Source: Rhodothermales bacterium (lineage in GTDB: Bacteria > Bacteroidota > Rhodothermia > Rhodothermales > Bin80). Taken from it: 64,000 bases of DNA. The notes under the pieces are model-generated. The model was not told where the DNA came from and did not search any database. It worked only from the letters and a program-made list of their open reading frames with translations. The stretch lies in NCBI GenBank assembly GCA_022822185.1, contig JAJECE010000077.1, forward strand, positions 2,504 through 66,503. The letters are read 5' to 3'. Made by a program: the position numbers and the translations under genes. Shown one piece after another: positions 43,063-51,423 of this stretch (its first letter is position 1; each line of letters starts with the position of its first letter).

Positions 43063-44831
43063 TGAACCTCTAAGACAGTCAGGCGGCGATTTTTCTCGAT
43101 ATCGGTCAAGCGTTGGTGCTTGCCGTGCGGCCACTGGACAACGACCGAGTCTAATGCTCCAGTGAAGCCAAAGTGCAGTATCGGATCCACACTGGACTGA
43201 AATCCGCGTTGCAGATATTGCTCGCTGTACCATTGTTGTCCATCTGCCCAAACGCTGACCTGTGAACCGACTCCAAAAGGATTGGGCGTTTTTCCACGTA
43301 ATTCAACCTGGAGCCAATGACGTTCGGGGAAGTGCTTGATCACCCGGTTGCGGTAGACGAATACAGGCATATTCACATTATTGACGACAAGATCCAGGTC
43401 CCCGTCATTATCCAGATCCCCATAGGCCGCCCCGTTCGAAAAGCCGGGAGTTGCGAGCCCCCACGGCTGACTTACGTCCGCGAAGCGGAGATCGGGACTG
43501 CCCGCAAACATGTGATTGGCAAGGGCATGGGAGGGGACGGTTTCCAGAAGTTTGAGGATCGGCTGTTCATGCGCAAGAAAAAATGTCCGAATGGAATCCG
43601 TATTGGATGCCTGCACAATGAAGTCCTGATCAAGAAGATCCTTAAAGATGCCGTTCGGCACAAAAATATCCCGATGTCCATCCAGATCAAAATCCGCGAT
43701 CAACCCGCCCCAACTCCAATCCGTACTTTCAATTCCTGCAATGCGGGACACCTCACTGAATCGTAGATGTCCGCCGGGCAAAGGGCCACGGTTGAGTTGC
43801 AGGGTATTTCTGGTACTCTGGTGGTGGTACCCGTCATCTACGCTTCTTAGATACTCTGACCAGGATGGAAAGGCAATGCGGGACTGATAACGCCAGAGCA
43901 GATCAGGAAGCATGTCCGAGACAAAGATGTCCGACCAACCATCCCCGTTATAATCGGCAATGTCCCCTCCCATCGAACTGAGACTCATGGTCTGGACAAC
44001 TTCGGTCCCCGCGTCTGTGAATGTCCCGTTCCGGTTCAGATAGAGGTAATCACGCTCAAAGAAATCATTGGACACATAGAGATCTGTCCATCCGTCCCGG
44101 TTGAGGTCGGCGGCGGATACACCCAGTCCAAATCCAATCTGGCTGCTGTAGATGCCTGAAACGGCGGTCACATCAACAAACTGTCCGCCATCGTTTCGCA
44201 AAAGGCGGTTCCCGCCGTCCGGATCTGGAGTCTGCCGGAGATTCGGAGCCGGTTGCAAGTCATCCAGTGAGCGCACCGGGTTACTCAGAACATAGCTGTC
44301 CAGGTCCCCATCTCCATCGTAGTCAAAGAAGGATGCGTGAATACCTAGGGCTTCGAATGCGAGACCATATTCATGGGCCATTTCCACAAAAGTCCCGTCA
44401 TGTTGATTCACAAAAAGCTCATTATGACGTCTGCCTCCCCCCGGCGGGCCGGATTTGCTCAGGTACAGATCCAGCCACCCATCCCCGTTAATGTCAACCA
44501 TACTGACTCCCGTCGTCCAGATACCTGCCGAATACAATCCTGCCTGCTCTGTGACATCCTCAAAACGAAAGTCACCAAGATTCAGATAGAGCCGGTTGGA
44601 TACCTGATTGCCGGTCAGGAAAATATCTGCCAGCCCGTCATTATTCATATCCCCAATTCCCACGCCACCGCCATTATAGAAGTTGCGAAAGACATAGGTA
44701 TTGAGTGTTTCTGCAGGAATCAAAGTATTGGCAAATAAAATCCCGGTTTGATCGGGGCGCATGCGCTCAAAGAGCGGAGCATTCCGTGTGCACGCTCCCA
44801 GTATCAATCCCAGGAACAGGACCATCGGCAT
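43059..44831 (-). CDS. FG-GAP/VCBS-repeat + ASPIC/UnbV lipoprotein, short (~590 aa) form
   Basis: The tracked ORF runs to 44954. The lipoprotein-type start MPMVLFLGLILGAC is at 44831. Colinear with the N-terminal halves of the two ~1100-aa paralogs (FRNFYNGGGVGIGDMNNDGLADIFLTGNQ, GDLDNDGDLDLVV, RGFQSSVDPILHFGF). Confidence 0.85.
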   Translation of the reverse strand: MPMVLFLGLILGACTRNAPLFERMRPDQTGILFANTLIPAETLNTYVFRNFYNGGGVGIGDMNNDGLADIFLTGNQVSNRLYLNLGDFRFEDVTEQAGLYSAGIWTTGVSMVDINGDGWLDLYLSKSGPPGGGRRHNELFVNQHDGTFVEMAHEYGLAFEALGIHASFFDYDGDGDLDSYVLSNPVRSLDDLQPAPNLRQTPDPDGGNRLLRNDGGQFVDVTAVSGIYSSQIGFGLGVSAADLNRDGWTDLYVSNDFFERDYLYLNRNGTFTDAGTEVVQTMSLSSMGGDIADYNGDGWSDIFVSDMLPDLLWRYQSRIAFPSWSEYLRSVDDGYHHQSTRNTLQLNRGPLPGGHLRFSEVSRIAGIESTDWSWGGLIADFDLDGHRDIFVPNGIFKDLLDQDFIVQASNTDSIRTFFLAHEQPILKLLETVPSHALANHMFAGSPDLRFADVSQPWGLATPGFSNGAAYGDLDNDGDLDLVVNNVNMPVFVYRNRVIKHFPERHWLQVELRGKTPNPFGVGSQVSVWADGQQWYSEQYLQRGFQSSVDPILHFGFTGALDSVVVQWPHGKHQRLTDIEKNRRLTVLEVQ

Positions 44832-45762
44832 CCCTGCCGTTAAGCTAACACGGAAGATCCTGACCGGAGACCATGCATTCTGCCGGACACGATAGAGTAC
44901 GGGGATCCCTCTCCACCCGGCACCCATTGCTGTAGGGCAGGAAAACGGTCTCATTGTAAGATGTCTCTGAGATTTTTGCCAGATCGCACCCCCATCACGG
45001 GCCGCGTGAGACAGAAACTGAACGAGGCAGATCGTAGCGGTAACCTACGCATGTTCAGGGATGCGATGCAGCACATAACGGGAGGTAGAGTCATCAAATG
45101 GCACGGTGCTTTTAGGATCAGGGTCTCCCTTTGTTTCCCCCCTTGATTTGCCGTTCACTGGATTAAGTCCGTTCCCGTTCCTTCTCTCCAAGCCAGATAT
45201 GCGGATCCCCCGCACCCGGCTTGCTTAAAAAGATGGGCATGGAATGCATTTCCCTGATTCCGTTAAAACTCCAAAATTCGTACAGAACGTTTGCTTCCGG
45301 GGTGACGTATCCAAGGATTTCCGGGTGCCATGCCGGGGCTACGTTGCTGCAGACAGCAAGCCGGTAGACGGGAAAAGGGAGATCATTCGGGACACGCAAC
45401 CCGGCACCGCAGGTACTGGACATCTTCGTTGAGTTTCCCCGATGACAGGTCAGGGGAATCCACGGAGCACCCGATGCCGGCTGGATACATTTTACGTTGT
45501 AAAGCGCATGGCCATTTTCCCGTCAAACTAGCCTTCCACTCAACGCTCTCCTCAGCCCTGATTATGAATCTTCCCTCCGCCCAGTAAGTCAACCGAACCA
45601 GAGGAAATACGGATACACCACACTCCATGCTCCCGTCAGAAAGCCGGTTTCGCATATTTGGGATGTCACGAACTGGAGAGTGCTACAGCTGGGCAGGACA
45701 TCTTGGACACAGACCTCCCCTACAGATGGGATCGGATTGCATGCCATTATGCCATTCCCCGA

Positions 45763-45821
45763 CCAGCCTGAATTTCCAGGGGAACCTGTCTTGAGGGTTC
45801 TCTTCTGGAAATTCAGGCTGG
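45763..45821 (-). terminator. 17-bp perfect hairpin directly after the T9SS-tagged FG-GAP gene
   Basis: CCAGCCTGAATTTCCAG (45763..45779) pairs with CTGGAAATTCAGGCTGG (45805..45821), loop 25 nt. On the minus strand it starts 24 nt after the stop codon at 45846..45848. No U-tract. Confidence 0.55.
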
Positions 45822-45845
45822 TGCTTCGATCTCTGGGTATTGCCC

Positions 45846-47759
45846 CTATTTGACAAGAACCATATGCCTCGCCTGCCGGAACTGCCCCCATTCCAGCGTA
45901 TAGATGTACTGTCCACTAGCAACCGCCAGCCCGCGATCACTCAGCCCGTTCCATTCAACGATGTGCCTGCCCTGAGCATAAAATTCGCCATCGATGAGCG
46001 TCCGCACCAAACGTCCAGTGATGTCATAAATTCGGACACTGACCCGCTTATCCAGCGGCAATGTAAAGGAGAAACTTGTGGATGGGTTGAATGGATTCGG
46101 ATAATTGGAATGCAGTTCGAAGTCCGTTGGAAGAATGATCCGGTCATTCGAAATACTGGTTGAAAGTCCATCGCCTGACAGCACCTTCAGGAATACGCGG
46201 TCTGGATGGGGGGTGGCCGATACGACACTTCTTACATAGGTGGAATCCGCGGGATTGAACACTTCGTTATAGACATAGACACTGTCCGGAACCCCGGAAA
46301 TCGACATGGCGACCTCATTTTGACCATCTCCGTCCACATCCCCGAGATAGGCGAATTTTCCTGCCCGAATACCAGGTGCCCCTAACAGATCATCCTTGTA
46401 GGTCGTCGCAAGGTATGTGGTCATAACCCCTGCACTGTCCCGGTTCACGGTATCAAAGATCGTTTCCGTCGGCATCGGAAATTCCACCTCGCGCACCTTG
46501 TAACTAGTGGATGCTTCTACATCCCCTTTCCCGTCATAATCTACAATTCTCACCAATTTTGGCGCTTTGCCATCCGCAAAATCCTTCGGGGTATAGGCAG
46601 CTCCGGTTCCAATCAATTCCGGGGATCCATCGTTATCAATATCCCCGGCAGTCAATCCCCATACGGATACGCCGGCAACCAGCGGGTAAACTGCGTTTTC
46701 TTCACCAATTTCCAAAGGATTCTCTCCTTCTTCATAGTTGATAATGGCAAGGTCTCCGGCAAAATTATCCACGCAATACACCTCGTCATCCCCATTCATG
46801 TCTATATCGACCACCGCACATCCAAAGTACGCAACGTCGTCAAATGGTGATGCCTGATAGAACGCTTTCTCGCCGGATGGACTCACATAGGTATTCGGCC
46901 CGGTCACATCGATATTCGTGAAATTCAGATTGTTCCAGCTGTGCAGTGCAATCTCGTGCGTCCCATCTCCGTCAAAGTCAGCCGCAACAATTCCAAAGGG
47001 GCTTCCGCCTCCCCGGTCTACTCCATCAATCTCATCCGGTCTGGATGTCCATCGTGCCTCCTGGGTAAAGGTGGCCAGGGGAGTTCCGATGCCCTCTGCG
47101 GTGACCACATACCAGCTGTCAAAAATATTTTCCCGTCCGTTGTTTCCGAACATGAGTTCATCAATATTATCCCCGTCTACATCGGCGACTATGATTTGCT
47201 CGGTAAGGAACCGGTCTGGAACCGCCCCATCAAAATCCCATAAACTGGGCAGCGGATTGAACGTGTTATCGCCCGTTGCTTCCATGACTCCGAGTCTTGG
47301 ACCGGGAATCACTGCTTTCACCGGATTTTCATCTGCGATACCATACCCGATAAAGAGGTAGATCTCGCCGAATTTATCCCCGTCCAGATCGCCTACCCCG
47401 ACACCGCGGGCATTCTCAAGGGTGCCCGTATCAATGGCCAGAGATGGAGAAGAATAAATTAACTCCCATGTATCGACACCTGCACTTTCAAGTACATGTA
47501 CGCGTCCGGCACCCGAGTAATCCGAGAGAACGATCTCCATTTTCCCGTCACCATCCAGATCAAACGGTCCCGTAATGCTGGGAGCCCCCGCCTGAAGTCC
47601 CGGAGCATAAGCCGGAAGATCCGGGATCCCCAGAAGCGGATGCATTGCAAACCCCTCGGTTGCACTCGGGACCCACTCAAAATCCACCTTCTGTGCAGTC
47701 GCAGGTGCGATCAGAAAGAAAAGTACTGGAAGAAAAACACAGTAAAAGCATTTGTTCAT
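45846..47759 (-). CDS. FG-GAP/VCBS-repeat protein with T9SS C-terminal sorting domain
   Basis: The tracked ORF runs to 47897. The signal-peptide start MNKCFYCVFLPVLFFLIAPATAQ is at 47759. Repeated DxDGDG motifs (GPFDLDGDGKMEIV, VGDLDGDKFGEIY, ADVDGDNIDELM, AADFDGDGTHEI, VVDIDMNGDDEV, AGDIDNDGSPEL, LGDVDGDGQNEV). The C-terminus is YPNPFNPSTSFSFTLP...GQYIYTLEWGQFRQARHMVLVK. Confidence 0.85.
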   Translation of the reverse strand: MNKCFYCVFLPVLFFLIAPATAQKVDFEWVPSATEGFAMHPLLGIPDLPAYAPGLQAGAPSITGPFDLDGDGKMEIVLSDYSGAGRVHVLESAGVDTWELIYSSPSLAIDTGTLENARGVGVGDLDGDKFGEIYLFIGYGIADENPVKAVIPGPRLGVMEATGDNTFNPLPSLWDFDGAVPDRFLTEQIIVADVDGDNIDELMFGNNGRENIFDSWYVVTAEGIGTPLATFTQEARWTSRPDEIDGVDRGGGSPFGIVAADFDGDGTHEIALHSWNNLNFTNIDVTGPNTYVSPSGEKAFYQASPFDDVAYFGCAVVDIDMNGDDEVYCVDNFAGDLAIINYEEGENPLEIGEENAVYPLVAGVSVWGLTAGDIDNDGSPELIGTGAAYTPKDFADGKAPKLVRIVDYDGKGDVEASTSYKVREVEFPMPTETIFDTVNRDSAGVMTTYLATTYKDDLLGAPGIRAGKFAYLGDVDGDGQNEVAMSISGVPDSVYVYNEVFNPADSTYVRSVVSATPHPDRVFLKVLSGDGLSTSISNDRIILPTDFELHSNYPNPFNPSTSFSFTLPLDKRVSVRIYDITGRLVRTLIDGEFYAQGRHIVEWNGLSDRGLAVASGQYIYTLEWGQFRQARHMVLVK

Positions 47760-47843
47760 TTGAAGCATGTGGTTAAGTTGATGTTTGACTTGGTTCTTTG
47801 TCTTTTCAGCAGGCCAGTGACACCGCAACTTGCCTGAATTAAC

Positions 47844-48081
47844 AAAAAAACGCATCTGTATACAAAGAAACGTAACATCCGTTTCAACTTCACACAATCT
47901 TCACACAATCCTTGAAAAAAACGCAGAAATTCCATTCTTTTCGATCCCAGAACGCACAAACCTACCCCTCTGTCCGTGTGTAAGCCGCATGCGCAGACCT
48001 CCGATTCATGCGGGACGCGAAAACGAATATCCCGATCTGGTCGCAAATACTTTCTGCGACCATCGCTTTCAAAAAAACGCA
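47844..48081 (+). promoter_or_regulatory. Three exact copies of AAAAAAACGCA in a divergent promoter region (candidate operator/regulatory motif)
   Basis: Exact 11-mers at 47844..47854, 47915..47925 and 48071..48081, between the FG-GAP/T9SS gene start (47759, -) and the sulfatase start (48293, +). A related AAAAACGCAGTT lies at 28591..28602 in the SusC/S9 divergent region. Function not established. Confidence 0.3.
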
Positions 48082-48292
48082 GTTATGCGACATGCTCCCC
48101 CCTGTCATGCCTGACCGGTCTCAATGAAATTGACCTTATATTCTGCTATCTTTGCATACAATCCGAAAACTTCCGTATACCTGCGCGGGCGTTCTCAATA
48201 GACGGATATGAGCGGATCCATTCCGGTTCGCCTTTTCGGGAAGGGGGCGCACCTATCGAGGAAGGATCCAGACCGATCAGATACAAACCACG

Positions 48293-49726
48293 ATGGATCA
48301 TTTAAAGAAATCTCTGCTTATTCTATCGCTTCCATTCCTCATCCTGTCATGCCGCAACCCGTCAAAAGGGCCCGGCCATCCCAATATTCTTTTGATCATG
48401 ACCGATGACCAGGGATGGGGAGATACGGGGTATAACGGTCATCCGTATTTGAAGACTCCCCACCTGGATGAAATGGCCGCGAACGGCGTGGTATTTCATC
48501 GGTTCTATGCTGCATCCCCCGTCTGTTCTCCGACCCGCGGCAGTGTGCTGACCGGTCGCCATCCTCTTCGCTATGGCATCTGCGGAGCGAATTGCGGTCA
48601 CCTGAACACCGAAGAAATCACACTTGCAGAACTGGTCCGGGAAGCAGGATATACCACGGGAATTTTTGGCAAGTGGCATCTGGGGACGCTGACGCGTGAC
48701 ACGGTGGATTCCAATCGGGGAGGCAGATCGCAACATGATGCCCATTATTCGCCGCCTTCCCGGCATGGCTTTGATACGTACTTCGTGACCGAAGCAAAAG
48801 TGCCCACCTGGGATCCCATGATCACACCGGCTCACGAAGCAGGCGATGTATCACCGGCTCAAAAGGAAGGAGCACCATTCCATACATTCTACTGGTCCGG
48901 CCCAGATAAAATTGAGACCACCAACCTTGGAGGAGACAATTCCCGGGTCATTATGGACCGAGTGATCCCGTTCGTTCAGGATGCCGTGGAGCAGGACCGG
49001 CCCTTCCTCGGAATAATCTGGTTCCATACTCCCCACCTTCCGGTCGTTGCAGGAAAGGATCATCGAAAGCAGTACGCAGACTTATCCGAGGGTCAGCAGC
49101 ATTTTTACGGAGCAATAACGGCAATGGATCAACAGGTGGGGCGACTGAGAAACGCCTTGCGGGAATTGAAGGTGTCCAAAAATACCGTGCTGTTTTTTGC
49201 AAGCGACAATGGGCCTGAAGGACAAGAGATTACGGGGAGGACCCAGGGGCGCACCAAAGGCCTTCGGGGCCGAAAACGAAGTCTCTATGAGGGAGGAATC
49301 CGAGTTCCCGGCATTATGGAATGGCCGGGCACAATCCCATCCGGCAAGACACTGGAATCCCCTTCCTTTACCTCCGACTATTTTCCCACCATTGCAGGGA
49401 TCCTGAATATCCGCATAGCGCAGTACCATCGTCCTTATGATGGTATCAACCTGCTGCCTCTCATTCACGGAACCATAGAAAAGAGGGAACGGAATCTGGC
49501 ATTTCGCTTCCATCAACAAGCCAGCCTGATCGGTGAGGTGTTCAAAATCTACAGCCGTAACGCAGGGAAGACCTTTGAACTGTATAATCTGGTTGAAGAC
49601 CCCTATGAGTCTATGAATCTAGCCGCTTCTCATCCTGACCGACTGAATGAAATGGTTGCAGAATGGAAGCAGTGGAAAATCTCTCAGGAGGCGAGCGCAA
49701 ATCATGCGGACTATCGTCCGAGATGA
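48293..49726 (+). CDS. Sulfatase (arylsulfatase A / N-acetylgalactosamine-6-sulfatase-like), lipoprotein
   Basis: 477 aa. Lipobox FLILSC, ILLIMTDDQGWGD, and the sulfatase signature SPVCSPTRGSVLTGRH (Cys-type formylglycine site). Confidence 0.9.
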   Translation: MDHLKKSLLILSLPFLILSCRNPSKGPGHPNILLIMTDDQGWGDTGYNGHPYLKTPHLDEMAANGVVFHRFYAASPVCSPTRGSVLTGRHPLRYGICGANCGHLNTEEITLAELVREAGYTTGIFGKWHLGTLTRDTVDSNRGGRSQHDAHYSPPSRHGFDTYFVTEAKVPTWDPMITPAHEAGDVSPAQKEGAPFHTFYWSGPDKIETTNLGGDNSRVIMDRVIPFVQDAVEQDRPFLGIIWFHTPHLPVVAGKDHRKQYADLSEGQQHFYGAITAMDQQVGRLRNALRELKVSKNTVLFFASDNGPEGQEITGRTQGRTKGLRGRKRSLYEGGIRVPGIMEWPGTIPSGKTLESPSFTSDYFPTIAGILNIRIAQYHRPYDGINLLPLIHGTIEKRERNLAFRFHQQASLIGEVFKIYSRNAGKTFELYNLVEDPYESMNLAASHPDRLNEMVAEWKQWKISQEASANHADYRPR

Positions 49727-49881
49727 ACGCGTACGCAGCGGTGATGTACCCCCCTGGTTCTCCTCGATATTCCTGAAAAAAAACAATCTTTCACGGCCGT
49801 TCACATAGATCGCAATCTGATATGTCGCCCCGTCCTTCGAAATAAACCGCTGAAACCCGGGAGGTCGTCTCTTTTCCTGAT

Positions 49882-51423
49882 CTATTCCGGGTTATGGTCC
49901 GGCAAACCTGCGTCTGAGTCCGCAGCCCCGTCTTTCGCTAACGGTACGATGGTGAATCCCGTAAAGCCATAGACAGCACTGATGACCGGGTTCGTATAGT
50001 TGAAAAAAGCGAACGGGAGATAATACAGGGTGGGCACACCAAGCGCCGCCGCCATAAATGCGCCACAGGTGTTCCAGGGAATTAGAACCGAGGTGAGTGT
50101 ACCGGAATCCTCCAGTGCGCGTGACAGATTCCTGGGATCCAATCCACGACTCTCATACTCCGCACGATACATGCGACCGGGAATCACAATGGAGATATAC
50201 TGGTCACCTGCGACAATATTGATCCCGAATGCGGTTGCAAGCGTCGCCAGAATCAGACTGCCCGTGCTGCGTGCCGCGCCAAGAATCTTCTGCGTGATCA
50301 CCCCCAACATCCCCGTTTTCTCCATTGCCGAACCAAACATCATTGCCGAAATAATCAGCCAAATAGTGTCTAGCATACCGGCCATCCCGCCGCGCGTCAA
50401 AAGTTCGTCCAAAGCGGCATTGCCCGTATTGGCAACAAACTCACCGAACATGACCATCCAGAACCCCTTGAGCAGAATCAGAATCCTCGGCAGTTCCGGC
50501 TGTCCCACGAAAGCAATGACCACTTCCTGCTGAAAAAGCATTGCGGTGATCCCTCCCAGCAATGCACCAATCAGAAGCGCGGGGAATGCCGGCATCTTCT
50601 TGTAAATCAATACCAGTACAGCCAAGACCGGAATCAGAAGATGCACCCCTAGATTATAATTATTCTCCAGAGCTCGCAAGACTTCCTCCAGCCCCGAAGA
50701 ACGGTCCATGGCGGGCTGCCCCGCAAATCCAATGATGGTAAACAGGATTAAGGCAACCGTAATACTTGGAACGGTCGTCCAGAGCATGTGCCGGATATGC
50801 GTAAATAACTCGGTCCCGACCATCGCAGGGGCCAGATTGGTTGTGTCCGACAGCGGTGAAAGCTTGTCTCCAAAATAAGCCCCGGAAATAATCGCCCCCG
50901 CTGCAATTCCCAGATGGAGACCAAATGCCGCTGCAATCCCCACCAGAGCAATCCCGATCGTACTGACTGTCGTCCATGAACTCCCGGATACAATCGCCAC
51001 AATTGCACAGATGACACAGCAGGCCGCGTAAAAAATGGCCGGATTCAGAATCTGGAGACCGTAATACATCATGGTCGGCACCACGCCTCCCAGAATCCAT
51101 GTTCCAATCAGGGAACCAACGACCAGAAGAATGAAGATGGCCCCCATAGATAGAGAGACCCCCTTCACCATCGCTTCCTGCATCTGCTTCCAGGTGAACC
51201 CAAGCCGAAGGCCCATCAACGCACAGACCGCAGCGGAAAGAATCAATGCGATCTGATTCGGACCATAAGACGCATCCTCCCCGAAGAAATTCAAAGAGAC
51301 AATCAACAGCAGAATCAGAATCCCCACCGGAAGCAGGGACTGCCAGATGCCAGGCTTGGATTGTGCTTCCTGCAAACTACACCTCAGCCCCGGATTGATG
51401 CTTTTCTGCGCGTGACCGTGCAA
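49882..51423 (-). CDS. nhaC: Na+/H+ antiporter NhaC family
   Basis: About 12 TM helices. The NhaC-like N-terminus is ...LLIVSLNFFGEDASYGPNQIALILSA...GVSLSMGAIFILLVVGSLIGTW. An alternative in-frame TTG start at 51375 lies directly after the upstream stop; the tracked ATG start at 51423 would overlap the upstream gene by 47 nt. Confidence 0.85.
   Translation of the reverse strand: MHGHAQKSINPGLRCSLQEAQSKPGIWQSLLPVGILILLLIVSLNFFGEDASYGPNQIALILSAAVCALMGLRLGFTWKQMQEAMVKGVSLSMGAIFILLVVGSLIGTWILGGVVPTMMYYGLQILNPAIFYAACCVICAIVAIVSGSSWTTVSTIGIALVGIAAAFGLHLGIAAGAIISGAYFGDKLSPLSDTTNLAPAMVGTELFTHIRHMLWTTVPSITVALILFTIIGFAGQPAMDRSSGLEEVLRALENNYNLGVHLLIPVLAVLVLIYKKMPAFPALLIGALLGGITAMLFQQEVVIAFVGQPELPRILILLKGFWMVMFGEFVANTGNAALDELLTRGGMAGMLDTIWLIISAMMFGSAMEKTGMLGVITQKILGAARSTGSLILATLATAFGINIVAGDQYISIVIPGRMYRAEYESRGLDPRNLSRALEDSGTLTSVLIPWNTCGAFMAAALGVPTLYYLPFAFFNYTNPVISAVYGFTGFTIVPLAKDGAADSDAGLPDHNPE

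Noticed and set aside
45096-45168. A possible fourth copy of the conserved element (AAATGGC ... GGATC ... GCCGTTCACTGGATTAAGT).
   Set aside because: Only short blocks match and the spacing differs from copies A, B and C. This could be chance, so I mention it only as a lead.
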